Positions 1 through 9,349 of a stretch of DNA of 64,000 nucleotides are shown one piece after another. The stretch is from Candidatus Heimdallarchaeum aukensis. GTDB lineage: Archaea > Asgardarchaeota > Heimdallarchaeia > Heimdallarchaeales > Heimdallarchaeaceae. Position 1 is the stretch's first letter, and every line of letters begins with the position of its first letter. The position numbers and the translations under genes are program-made. Below the pieces are notes generated by a model, which did no database searches, was not told the origin of the DNA, and worked only from the letters and a program-made list of their open reading frames with translations. The stretch is from the NCBI GenBank assembly GCA_021513695.1, contig CP084166.1, positions 1,120,001-1,184,000 on the forward strand, written 5' to 3'.

Positions 1-559
1 TAAACGTAGGGCAAAGTTACAGTCAATCTATGACAAGCAAGGATTAACCACCTGGGGAAGAAAAATGTTTCAACTCCAGTTAGAACGAATGTGTAAAATC
101 ACCAACTATTTCCATAAAGCAAGTAGAAAAATAGTAGACTATTGTTCAGAAAAAAACATTGATACGATAGTTATAGGTTACAACCCCCGATGGAAACAAG
201 AAGTGATTATGGGTAAAAAGAATAATCAAACCTTTGTTTTTATACCCTTCAAATCGCTAATTGACAAAATCACTTACAAAGCAGAAGAAAAAGGAATAAA
301 AGTTCTTCCTACCGAAGAGTCCTACACCTCTGTCTACAGTTTCTTGGATAATGAAGAGATAGCTTTCCACCTCCATTATGCTGGTAAAAGAATCCATCGT
401 GGACTATTTATCAGTACCAGAGGATTAAAAATTAATGCTGATATCAACTCTGCAGGTAATATCGGTCGCAAAGTATTCCCCACGTTATTCTCTGTTATGT
501 CTAACTACGGGATAGTCTGGGGTGCAGTGGTTCACCCCGTCCGTTGGAAAATAAGTTAG
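1..559 (+). CDS. tnpB: TnpB (IS200/IS605 OrfB family) C-terminal fragment, truncated by window start; copy of 9850..10728
   Basis: Nucleotide and protein near-identity to 10171..10728. RuvC-II E (TEESYTS) and RuvC-III D (ADINSAGNIGRK) motifs are present. The reading frame continues upstream of position 1. Confidence 0.8.
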   Translation, partial: KRRAKLQSIYDKQGLTTWGRKMFQLQLERMCKITNYFHKASRKIVDYCSEKNIDTIVIGYNPRWKQEVIMGKKNNQTFVFIPFKSLIDKITYKAEEKGIKVLPTEESYTSVYSFLDNEEIAFHLHYAGKRIHRGLFISTRGLKINADINSAGNIGRKVFPTLFSVMSNYGIVWGAVVHPVRWKIS

Positions 560-682
560 TTAGTTGAGTTAGTTAGTCCAGCTCTTACGCTGTTCTTTCT
601 TTCTCTTTATTTTTCGACCGACTAAACTTACTCTTTCTTCCGATTTTTAATCAAAATCGGAATTTGGGAAAAGGTAAACCAT
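1..682 (+). mobile_element. Right part of IS1341-like (solo tnpB) element, copy 1; right end at ~682
   Basis: Homology with copy 2 extends ~120 nt past the tnpB stop and ends at ...GGTAAACCAT (682) in both copies. The conserved subterminal hairpin CCGATTTT-TAATC-AAAATCGG is at 640..660. Confidence 0.7.
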
Positions 683-687
683 AAGGA

Positions 688-1677
688 TTAAGGTATAAGT
701 CCCCAGAAAAAGGCTTCCAAAAGTTTTGTTTTGAACTCTTTAGTTGTAGAGTAACAGGAAGAGAAGAAAGCTACATTATCGAGTATATCTTGCAAATTGC
801 TGAAAAATGCACCATATTCTACACTTAGCTTTTCAATATCGACGTTATAACGAATCAATACACCTATTTTCTTCAAGTTCTTTTTCTTAAGCAATGAATC
901 CTTGAGTGATTGATATTTCTCTTTCATGATGTCTAGCATCAACAAGAGAACTTCTTGTTCATTAGCAATATCGCTATCAATCTCTTCTAAAGGAATAATT
1001 GAAAACTGGAAAGTTTTAGTTTTTATTATTCCTACCTCATCTTCAAATTTAACAAAGGTAAAAGGTAATGTTAAGAGCAAAGAGGCGAATGAGTTCTTTA
1101 TCTTTTCAACTTCTTTCTTTGAGTAAAGTAGAGCTATTTTTTTAACTTTAGTTTTAAATAATCCTTTACTAATAAGTTCTTTTAGTTCTTGAGTAAGAAG
1201 ATTTGCTTGTGAAACACTTAACAACTCTCTTACAATCCTTTCATATTCGTTAACAATACTTGTCAATAGTTTTTCATCTACTTGATCAATAGATTTAATG
1301 TTATGAAACTTATAAATGAGCAATTTAGCAAACTCTTCTCTAAAATCATCTATTTTGCTTACTATTTCAGGAACAAGACACAATAACAATCCTATGGTTT
1401 TCTTTTTCATTCTTTTATCTTGCATCGTAGGATCGTCAACTAGGAAAGAAAACGCATATTGAACAAATCCTTCAGAGAAGGCAAAAGGGAATGGTCCATA
1501 CAGTTCAGAAGATATTTCATCAATGTCAACTACACCTTGAAAAACAAGTGAATAGGTCATAGCTCCAGAGAACTCAAACTTATCTATTATCTCTTCTTCA
1601 AATTGAGTCTCTTCAGATGTTACCATTTGAGTTAATGCTGGACCTATATCTTCAAGTTTAAACAATGCTATAAGCAT
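688..1677 (-). CDS. hypothetical protein (329 aa), no recognisable domain
   Basis: Long ORF with coding-like composition; no motif recognised. Confidence 0.5.
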   Translation of the reverse strand: MLIALFKLEDIGPALTQMVTSEETQFEEEIIDKFEFSGAMTYSLVFQGVVDIDEISSELYGPFPFAFSEGFVQYAFSFLVDDPTMQDKRMKKKTIGLLLCLVPEIVSKIDDFREEFAKLLIYKFHNIKSIDQVDEKLLTSIVNEYERIVRELLSVSQANLLTQELKELISKGLFKTKVKKIALLYSKKEVEKIKNSFASLLLTLPFTFVKFEDEVGIIKTKTFQFSIIPLEEIDSDIANEQEVLLLMLDIMKEKYQSLKDSLLKKKNLKKIGVLIRYNVDIEKLSVEYGAFFSNLQDILDNVAFFSSCYSTTKEFKTKLLEAFFWGLIP

Positions 1678-1759
1678 AATTATAACTATTTAAAAAAGAA
1701 TATTAAAACTTTACATATGCTTGACCTGTCTGTTTACTCAATAGACCTAGGTTACACTT

Positions 1760-1935
1760 TTGGGCACTAGAGAAACACAGAGGTGATTCATAAGTTTTTT
1801 TCCAGGAGTAGGGAGGTTAAGAGACTAGTGAAGGAGACTAAAATTGTAGTAAGAGCGGTAGAAGGAGAGGTCGGGGGAGCAGTAGGTTAGTCCTAGTCTT
1901 TTCGCTCACGGATGATCATTTACCCTCGTAACCCA
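1760..1935. ncRNA. candidate structured ncRNA (GC-rich island in an AT-rich intergenic region), identity unknown
   Basis: Local GC near 50% against a ~30% background. Long-range complementary segments: AAGAGACTAG at 1816..1825 with CTAGTCTTTT at 1893..1902, and CACTAGAG at 1766..1773 with CTAGTG at 1824..1829. No ORF. Confidence 0.3.
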
Positions 1936-2045
1936 CTTTCTATTTGTTTGTTACCAACGTAGGTAGAGTAAATAGTTCAAAGAAATAAGGCTTTTATTAA
2001 ATAGAGAATCTTTTAGACTATTCTCTATGTAAAAAAAAAAGAAAA

Positions 2046-4817
2046 TTAATTCTTTTTTCTCTTTAGGACTGCTAAGCTAAAGAATGAAAGAATAGTAATA
2101 GTAATAAGAGGATGAAAACTTAAAATCATTGTATTATCATTCGAGGTCGTATTTTCATCTTGGGATTCAACAACTTCAAAAGAATAATAGTTTCCATTAT
2201 TATCTGCAATGGCTTCATTTGGATTAGCAGCAATGTCTACAGCTTTGATATAATATTCTACATAATCTCCAGCGTCTAGAGGACTTAACGTTTTAGTATA
2301 GAGATATCCATCGGAAGAACTCATTGATTTAGCATCCCAAGCTCCACCATTAATTCTTATATAGAGTGTAACTGAAGCGATACCAACATTATCTGTAACC
2401 TCTGCAGAAATTTTTACATAATCTTGAGATGTTGGATTTGAAGGGCTATGAAATACATTTTGGATTGTAGGTTTTTGAGTATCTGGTTCTAATACGGTAA
2501 AAGAGTAATATAGACCATCGTTGTCGTAGGTAATTGTGTTGGAATTTTCTGAATTATCAGCACAAGTAATATAATAATCTATTTTCTCATTTGCTAAAAA
2601 TGATCCTATGTTTTTTGTAAATTTGTTCTGAATTTGAGAATCCACTTCCATTTGTGCTTCATTCCAGGCTGAACCATCAACCCGATAGTACAAAGTAACT
2701 GAAGCTATTCCTGAAGCATCTTCTAAATAAGCTAGAATAGTAACATTTTGACCTTCAAAAGGATCAGCTGGACTATGAGTTATTTCTACAAGCTCAGGAG
2801 GAGTAGAATCTGGTAAAAGTTCAAAGATAGATAGACCAAAAGTTTTCGAACCTACATATACCATTGAATTATTTACAAAAATTGTATCACATTGAGCATA
2901 TCCACCATATTCCCAACCTAAGGAATTGGAACTAGCAATCTTTTCAAGATTTGAAGGGTCAACAGTGACATTAAAGACTTCTAAACCATATCTGAAAGAA
3001 GTTACATAGAGTAGGCCATTTTTATAATAGAAATTAGACGGATAATAATCTGTAAATTCTTTTAGCTTCATTATACTAGTTATATTTGATATATCAAACA
3101 CTTTGAATGATGACCCACATGCAAGATAAAGGTAGTTTCCAACTATTTTAAAGTTAAGAGTATTCTCATTATCGGAGAAATATGATAACACTTGAGGATT
3201 ATATAAATCAGAAACGTTTACGAAAACTAATTCATTGTAATCGTAATACCTGCTTCCAAGAACAACTATATCCCCATATTTATCTATGTCAGTTAAAATC
3301 GCAGAAGATACGCTTATTGAAGAGATTTCGTATGGGGTAGTTGGTTCTGTCATGTTAACAATAAGCAGTTTACCATCTTCGTCAGATACTAAGAATCCAA
3401 TGCCATTTTCAACTACGATATCTTTAATTCTTTTGTGTGTTCCTACAAATTGTCCTATTTTATTTGGACTAAGAGGGTCTGTGATATTCAAAATATCTAT
3501 TCCATCCCAAGATTTTGCAATATAGGCTCTATCATCCTCAACCTCTAGTGCAAAAATCTCTCGATACATACCTTCATTAGTTAAGTATTGAGAAATTATT
3601 TTTGGAGATGAGGGATTTATAACATCAATAAATGTGATATCACCTTCTCCATTTGCGACAACAACATTTGATTTATAAGTAGAAATATCAGTAATCCAAC
3701 CCCATTGGGTAGTAATATCTAAGAGCTCTGGATTGTATATATCGGTAACATTAACTGTTATCAATCCTCCTCCCCCTCCAGCGATGTATGCAAATTGTTG
3801 ATTATATACAATAAGGTCATTAATTCTATTGTATTTAACATTACAACTTGAAATTAAAGTAGGATTCGAAAGAACAGATACATTAAACAATCTCATATCC
3901 ATGTAAGTACAAGTAACATAAAGAATCTGATTTTCAAGGTAAAGCCCCGTCATTCCTGCATAAGGTTCAGAATACTCTCCGATCTTTACGGGATTAGATG
4001 GATTTGTACAATCTAGAATAATGAGATGATCTTGTCTGTCTGCAATATATACGATATCATTATCCGCAATGACATCACAAGCATAACAATTATAAGTTGC
4101 TAATAAAGCTGGTGATGAGGGATTTGAGACATCAAAAATTTTCACGCCTAAATTTTGATCCGCGGCAAATATAGTTGAACCTTCACCTGTGATACTTTGA
4201 GGAAATTCAAAATTACTTGTCATTGCAAGAAATTCAGGATATTGGGGATCAGAAATATCATAAACACAAAGACCTTTGTTAACATCAGTTATATATGCAT
4301 ATGAATCATTTAGATATATAGAAGTGGGTCTTTGTAAACTCGATTCAGAAGCAATGAGTTGTGGATTAGCTAAATCAGTTGACATATCTAGTACAATCAA
4401 TCCCTTTCCATCAACAACTAAGTAAGCATAAGGATAGTCAATCTTTACATCTAAGACACGACCATCAAAATCTAATTCATTAGAGATCGTAGGGTGAATT
4501 TCATTTTCAATATTGAAAATAGTTAATCCCCTTGCATCATTAGCAGCATAGATGTAGTTTCCATATTGTTCAATTGAAATTGTTGTACCTTTGTAATAAG
4601 TAGATAAGTGATTTAGTTCCCGTTTAGGTGCATTTTTTTGTTTTTCAATGTCTTGAAGTTTTATCGTTGTTTTATCTTGTTCCATGCTTGCTCCATCCGT
4701 CAATTTAACTAATTTGGAAGTTTCATCCAACAAATTATTATTTAAATTAGATCCAATAACAAAAATGAAGCTTAAAGCAATTAATTTATAGATTTGGTTC
4801 TTTTTTATAGTTTTCAT
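2046..4817 (-). CDS. LVIVD-repeat beta-propeller surface protein with signal peptide, Ig/PKD-like C-terminal domains and a C-terminal TM anchor
   Basis: N-terminal signal (MKTIKKNQIYKLIALSFIFVIG). Repeated xYxxVxD / GGGGGLITVNVTD motifs typical of LVIVD repeats. Duplicated ASVTLYYRVDG / ASVTLYIRING modules. C-terminus is a Thr/Ser-rich linker, then a TM helix and KRKKN. Confidence 0.7.
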   Translation of the reverse strand: MKTIKKNQIYKLIALSFIFVIGSNLNNNLLDETSKLVKLTDGASMEQDKTTIKLQDIEKQKNAPKRELNHLSTYYKGTTISIEQYGNYIYAANDARGLTIFNIENEIHPTISNELDFDGRVLDVKIDYPYAYLVVDGKGLIVLDMSTDLANPQLIASESSLQRPTSIYLNDSYAYITDVNKGLCVYDISDPQYPEFLAMTSNFEFPQSITGEGSTIFAADQNLGVKIFDVSNPSSPALLATYNCYACDVIADNDIVYIADRQDHLIILDCTNPSNPVKIGEYSEPYAGMTGLYLENQILYVTCTYMDMRLFNVSVLSNPTLISSCNVKYNRINDLIVYNQQFAYIAGGGGGLITVNVTDIYNPELLDITTQWGWITDISTYKSNVVVANGEGDITFIDVINPSSPKIISQYLTNEGMYREIFALEVEDDRAYIAKSWDGIDILNITDPLSPNKIGQFVGTHKRIKDIVVENGIGFLVSDEDGKLLIVNMTEPTTPYEISSISVSSAILTDIDKYGDIVVLGSRYYDYNELVFVNVSDLYNPQVLSYFSDNENTLNFKIVGNYLYLACGSSFKVFDISNITSIMKLKEFTDYYPSNFYYKNGLLYVTSFRYGLEVFNVTVDPSNLEKIASSNSLGWEYGGYAQCDTIFVNNSMVYVGSKTFGLSIFELLPDSTPPELVEITHSPADPFEGQNVTILAYLEDASGIASVTLYYRVDGSAWNEAQMEVDSQIQNKFTKNIGSFLANEKIDYYITCADNSENSNTITYDNDGLYYSFTVLEPDTQKPTIQNVFHSPSNPTSQDYVKISAEVTDNVGIASVTLYIRINGGAWDAKSMSSSDGYLYTKTLSPLDAGDYVEYYIKAVDIAANPNEAIADNNGNYYSFEVVESQDENTTSNDNTMILSFHPLITITILSFFSLAVLKRKKN

Positions 4818-5006
4818 TTATAAAGCACCATTCGTGTACTATTCTATGTTAAATAAATTAGATTATAAAAATATTATGGAAAACTAAATAGTTAAAATGT
4901 TCTATATTTTTTTCTTCATTTGAATATGTTATTATTTTCTTCCACATGTTTCTGTTGGTTAAAATTGCCTTTATAAAAAAGAAAATGAGTGAATATTTAT
5001 CATAAA

Positions 5007-6029
5007 CTATTTTTTCTTTTTCATCAAAATCCATGAAGTCAATGAAAGTAGTATTAGAGAGAAAATAGCACCAATGAACGGAAATGAAGCACTCTCTGCT
5101 AAATTTTCTGGATTTTGAAGTGCATAAATATCATATTCAATTAATGAAATATATGAAGTTAATCCAAAAGCTGGTAACAATGGTGACAAAGAAGCAATTT
5201 TCGCTCCTGTTTCGCTCACAATCTGACTTATTACATTTGCATCAAATTGTGGTTGAACAACAATAGTTTTCACATTTTCTTCTTTCATCTCATTTATTAC
5301 ATTCTGTATATGCTCGGGACTGGGCTCTGTTTCATGTTGTTCTTCAATTATTGCAACTCTTTCAATACCTAAAAGATCAAAAAGATACATAAAAGAGGGG
5401 TGATGTACAACAACTTTCATTCCTTCAACTTCAGGTCTGTATTCATCATTTATTCTTTTTATTAAGTCATCAAGATCATACAGATAGTTATCTCTATTAG
5501 AGAGGTATTTTTCTTCATTTTCAGGGTCTAAGGAAATAATTGTTGTAGTAATATTTTTCACAAAACTTTTTGCATATATTGGACTCATCCATACATGAGG
5601 ATTAAGAAAACTCTCATCTGCTGCAGGATCCTCTCTCATTATACTCTCATTAGCCAATGTAATAACTACCAAATTAGGATTATCTTCTAATATTGAATCC
5701 ATAGCTGAAGAAAGCCAAGATTCTAGTCCTTCTATCCCTAAACGTATGAGAACATCTGCTTCTGAAAGCAATTCTCGTTCTTGAGTAGTCATTTCATATG
5801 TATGAGGATCTTCAAGACCAGAAACAATAGAGATAGGAGTGAACAAACCTTTCCCAATTTCATAAGCCCAATTTTGTACTATACCTATAGTTGTAACGAC
5901 GTTTAAAGTGTCATTAGGGTCAAATTCTTGTTTTTGCAGTGCTAAAGCGAGATTCCTCTCAGTATTAAGATTTGCGAACATTAACGCTGTGAAGAATAAG
6001 AGAAAAGCCATCATTCTTTTTTTATTCAT
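5007..6029 (-). CDS. znuA: metal (Mn/Zn) ABC transporter substrate-binding protein, ZnuA/TroA family, with C-terminal TM anchor
   Basis: TroA/ZnuA-like fold signatures (DPHTYEMT, HVWMSP, VVHHPSFMYL). N-terminal signal and C-terminal hydrophobic segment plus KKKK. Divergent to the dtxR-znuBC genes. Confidence 0.75.
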   Translation of the reverse strand: MNKKRMMAFLLFFTALMFANLNTERNLALALQKQEFDPNDTLNVVTTIGIVQNWAYEIGKGLFTPISIVSGLEDPHTYEMTTQERELLSEADVLIRLGIEGLESWLSSAMDSILEDNPNLVVITLANESIMREDPAADESFLNPHVWMSPIYAKSFVKNITTTIISLDPENEEKYLSNRDNYLYDLDDLIKRINDEYRPEVEGMKVVVHHPSFMYLFDLLGIERVAIIEEQHETEPSPEHIQNVINEMKEENVKTIVVQPQFDANVISQIVSETGAKIASLSPLLPAFGLTSYISLIEYDIYALQNPENLAESASFPFIGAIFSLILLSLTSWILMKKKK

Positions 6030-6117
6030 TTGTTTTACCTCCGATTTACGACTCTTCGTAAATATTTCAATAAAACAAAATTTATAAACTTTACTTTATT
6101 TCAATTTATTAGAAAAG

Positions 6118-6573
6118 GTGAAAAGCTTGATCTTAGAAGATGATCAACAGATAGATATTTCTATCAATGAAAAAATAATTCTAGATTTTCTCTATCGCTG
6201 GATTCGTCCTATTCGCGTAGGAGACCTGAAAGATTATTTGAATGTTAAACATTCTACACTTAATTCACAGCTTCAAAATTTAGAAGAAAAACAACTGATT
6301 AGATGGAAAAGATATGGTAGTGTAGAACTTACAGAAAAGGGAAAGAAGTATTCATCTCATTTAACTCGTCATCACAGGATTTTAGAACTATTTCTTGTTG
6401 AAACTCTTTCCATTTCTATATCTGAAGCACATGAGATTAGTACAGAGATAACTCCTGTGGCTAGTTGTAAGTTTATTCAACACATAGTCCAACGATTTGG
6501 TGAACAAGAAAAATGTCCTTGTGGGAATGAAATCCCCAAGATTGAGGGTAAATGTTCAATTGGAGGGGTCTAA
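6118..6573 (+). CDS. DtxR/MntR-family metal-dependent transcriptional repressor
   Basis: wHTH region plus the LTRHHRILELFLVE helix typical of DtxR/MntR. Sits immediately upstream of the metal ABC permease. Confidence 0.8.
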   Translation: MKSLILEDDQQIDISINEKIILDFLYRWIRPIRVGDLKDYLNVKHSTLNSQLQNLEEKQLIRWKRYGSVELTEKGKKYSSHLTRHHRILELFLVETLSISISEAHEISTEITPVASCKFIQHIVQRFGEQEKCPCGNEIPKIEGKCSIGGV

Positions 6574-7596
6574 ATGGGTTCGTTTCTAGATTTTTTCTAT
6601 GCATTAGCAAATTATAGTTGGATGCAAAGGGCCTTTTATACTGCTTTGATAGTAGGAATTGTTGGTGGAATTATTGGAGTTTTTATTTTGTTGAAGGGAA
6701 TGGTATTTCTAGGTCAAGCAATTGCTCATACGGCTTTTGCTGGTGCAGCTCTTGCTATTTTATTAGGGATAGAACCTTTATACATAATAATTATTTTTGG
6801 AGTTATTGCTGCATTGGGTGTAGGGTACGTTAATGAGAAGAAAATTATGAAGGAAGATATAATCATCGGTGTAATTTTCACTTTTTTCATGGCATTAGCT
6901 ATAATATTCATCACTCTAAATAAGCAATATAGTACTGATGTCAATGCTATTTTGTTTGGAAACATCTTATTGGTTTCAAAGCTTAATTTTGTCGTCTTAA
7001 TTATAACTTTAGGAATAGTTGGGGTGTTGATTCTTGGATTAAAGAAAGAGTATTATCTTATAACATTCAATTCTGATATAGCTACAGTTTCTGGAATACC
7101 TGTAAAATTATTAGAATATCTTTTACTTATATTACTTGCATTAACAATAGATGTATCTCTTAAAGCTATTGGAGCGATTTTAGTTTTTGCCATGATTGTT
7201 ACTCCAGCTGCAGCAGCTTATCAATGGACTTTCAAGATTAACAAAATGCTACTGCTATCGTCATTGATCGGAGTGATTTCTAGCATAGGAGGGTTGTTCC
7301 TTTCCTATCTCTTAAATCTGTCAAGTGGTGCAACTATAGTAAGCTTATCTACCTTGATTTTTCTCTTTTCTTTCATAATGTCACCAAAACGTATCAAAAC
7401 AGGTTTTACTACAGCTGAATGTAAATTCTGTAGACATGTGATTAATGGAGAAAGTTACTGTTTAGATGAACCAGAGTGTAGAGCTTTAGATATTCCTCAT
7501 TACCATGATGATAAGGGAATAATTATTTTGAAAAAGGACATTAAACCTCTCTCCACTCCAACAAAACATAAACATGACAAAGAGGAGGAGAAATAG
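6574..7596 (+). CDS. znuB: metal ABC transporter permease (ABC-3/ZnuB family) with Cys/His-rich C-terminal tail
   Basis: Polytopic membrane protein with ABC-3 family similarity. C-terminal ~70 aa carry CKFCRHV...CLDEPECRALDIPHYHDD...KHKHDKEEEK. Confidence 0.8.
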   Translation: MGSFLDFFYALANYSWMQRAFYTALIVGIVGGIIGVFILLKGMVFLGQAIAHTAFAGAALAILLGIEPLYIIIIFGVIAALGVGYVNEKKIMKEDIIIGVIFTFFMALAIIFITLNKQYSTDVNAILFGNILLVSKLNFVVLIITLGIVGVLILGLKKEYYLITFNSDIATVSGIPVKLLEYLLLILLALTIDVSLKAIGAILVFAMIVTPAAAAYQWTFKINKMLLLSSLIGVISSIGGLFLSYLLNLSSGATIVSLSTLIFLFSFIMSPKRIKTGFTTAECKFCRHVINGESYCLDEPECRALDIPHYHDDKGIIILKKDIKPLSTPTKHKHDKEEEK

Positions 7597-8367
7597 ATGC
7601 AGCTCAAACAAGAATCTAATAACTTAACTTCAAATAGAGATCACTCAGATGTAATTGTATGTCTCAAAGATGTTTCTGTTGCTTATGGGAAGAACATAGC
7701 TTTATACAAAATTAACTTAGATATAGAAAAAGGAGAATTTATTGGAATTGTTGGCCCTAATGGAAGCGGGAAAACTACCTTACTCAAAACTGTTCTTGGG
7801 TTAATTAAACCTATTCAAGGAAATATACGCCTTTTCAATCAAAACATAGATGGAAAGATACCCAGAGAGATTAAGAATAAAATAAGCTATATTCCTCAAT
7901 TTACACCCTTTGATAAGAACTTTCCTGCTTTAGTTGAAGATGTTGTTATGATGGGAAGATATAACAAAATAGGTATGTTCAGGGTTCCTTCTAAAGAAGA
8001 TAGAGAGAGAGTAAAACACGCTTTAGAGCTTGTAAAAATGGATAACATGGCACATAGACCTATAGGACATTTAAGTGGAGGTCAACAACAGAAGGTAATG
8101 ATTGCACAAGCTCTTGCTACTTCTCCATCCATACTCCTACTTGATGAACCAACATCAGCATTGGACTTTAAAATGACTAAAAACGTGATGGACATACTTA
8201 CCCAACTTAATAAGACATATGGAATTACAATAGTAACAATTCACCATAATTTAAGAATAATTAAAGAATATACAAAACGAGTAATAGCAATCAACAAAAC
8301 TCTTGTTTATGATGGATCACCCAATGACTCCCAATTTGATGAGATAATTGATGAAATGTACATCTAA
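7597..8367 (+). CDS. znuC: metal ABC transporter ATP-binding protein (ZnuC-like)
   Basis: Walker A GPNGSGKTT, ABC signature LSGGQQQKV, Walker B LLLDEPTSALD. Confidence 0.85.
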   Translation: MQLKQESNNLTSNRDHSDVIVCLKDVSVAYGKNIALYKINLDIEKGEFIGIVGPNGSGKTTLLKTVLGLIKPIQGNIRLFNQNIDGKIPREIKNKISYIPQFTPFDKNFPALVEDVVMMGRYNKIGMFRVPSKEDRERVKHALELVKMDNMAHRPIGHLSGGQQQKVMIAQALATSPSILLLDEPTSALDFKMTKNVMDILTQLNKTYGITIVTIHHNLRIIKEYTKRVIAINKTLVYDGSPNDSQFDEIIDEMYI

Positions 8368-8572
8368 CCTTTTTTTATTTTATTTTTTTCAAAAATATTT
8401 ATATTCCACCTTCTAATAGTTATCAAATCAGTAAAATATATGCAAAAAATGATTGCAATGGATAGTGGATTTGTTGCTTTATTAGTTATTATCGTCATTA
8501 GTGGATCATTGTTAATTTATGATCTATTTAAATTCGTAATTACAATAAAAAAAGAGATCGCGAGAAGAAAAA

Positions 8573-9349
8573 ATGTCCCAGAAAAAAACTGAATTCCTTG
8601 AACCTGTTTTATCTAATGATTTAATAGTCACATTAAACGCTGCAATTGGTGAGCGAATGCTAATTTTAGCAGGCAGCTGTACAGCTTTTTTTGATGGAAG
8701 AATAAAGTCTACTTTAGAATTAGGAGAGAGGATATTAATAATTAAAAAAGACCTATCCATATTAATGCATGGAGTTTCAGGGGTAAAACCTTTAAATTGG
8801 CAAAAGCCAAATCAAGGGCCAATTTCATTTCTAAAAGAGAAAAATGAATTAGTTATGTACACAAAAAGGAAAAAAACAGAAGAAGAGTTATGGATTAGAT
8901 TTCGTTCTATTGATTTTGTTATTTTATGGTCAGGTAGCGATTTTTCTTCTTTAGAGATTTATGGGGATGAATCTGACCTTGTTCAATATCTCGTAAAACA
9001 TCCCTCAATAATTGAAAAGGATTTGCAAATTCTTTCTACAGAATACCCAACTGATGTAGGATTTGTTGACATTAAAGCTCTTGATAGCAAGAAAAGACTG
9101 ATTATTATTGAAGTAAAAAAACGTAACGCTACACCTTCAGATGCTTTTCAGTTAAAAAGATATAAGGACTATTTTGAAAATATCGAAAATAAAAAAATTA
9201 GAGCTATACTTGTTGCTCCTTCTTTCCCTGACAAAGTAAAAAAATATTTAGAGATAAATAACTTAGAATTTCAAGAAGTAGATTGGAAAAACATCTTTCC
9301 CACTATTTCTAGAGAAAAAAATATGAAAATTGATGATTTCTTTTTCTGA
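8573..9349 (+). CDS. nucS: endonuclease NucS/EndoMS (mismatch-specific RecB-like nuclease)
   Basis: Collinear similarity to archaeal NucS: GERILIIKKDLSILMHG, NWQKPNQG, GFVDIKALD...IIIEVKKRNA...QLKRYKDYF, AILVAPSF (RecB-like D-E-K nuclease core). Confidence 0.85.
   Translation: MSQKKTEFLEPVLSNDLIVTLNAAIGERMLILAGSCTAFFDGRIKSTLELGERILIIKKDLSILMHGVSGVKPLNWQKPNQGPISFLKEKNELVMYTKRKKTEEELWIRFRSIDFVILWSGSDFSSLEIYGDESDLVQYLVKHPSIIEKDLQILSTEYPTDVGFVDIKALDSKKRLIIIEVKKRNATPSDAFQLKRYKDYFENIENKKIRAILVAPSFPDKVKKYLEINNLEFQEVDWKNIFPTISREKNMKIDDFFF

Noticed and set aside
926-1126. Short ORFs embedded antisense or out of frame within long genes. Examples: 926..1126, 3286..3525, 5084..5266, 6618..6833, 6726..6965, 8524..8760, 11374..11667, 14171..14371, 16130..16456, 20163..20363, 21172..21381, 22213..22503, 24315..24509, 24811..25005, 25430..25675, 25914..26162, 27108..27290, 27909..28121, 28099..28340, 28807..28995, 31807..31995, 34381..34635, 39549..39779, 42457..42711, 43366..43584, 46992..47294, 47662..47865, 49058..49246, 49305..49518, 49844..50122, 50194..50814, 51313..51525, 52350..52568, 53241..53447, 54849..55043, 56941..57141, 58507..58842, 59799..59990, 61210..62487.
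   Set aside because: They overlap well-supported genes on the other strand or frame, are low-complexity, and are the expected AT-rich-genome artefacts. The track ORFs at 61210..62487 (minus strand) lie antisense to the giant coiled-coil gene.
688-1677. Possible eukaryotic-signature (roadblock/longin-like) domain in the 329-aa hypothetical protein next to the IS
   Set aside because: No motif-level support could be seen by eye. It would need a profile search.
1760-1935. Calling the GC-rich island SRP RNA or RNase P RNA
   Set aside because: I could not find the universally conserved cores by eye, such as the SRP helix-8 GGUCCGGAAGGAAGCAGC-like motif or the RNase P P4 AGGAAAGUCCGGGCUCC-like motif. 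It is left as an unclassified candidate ncRNA.
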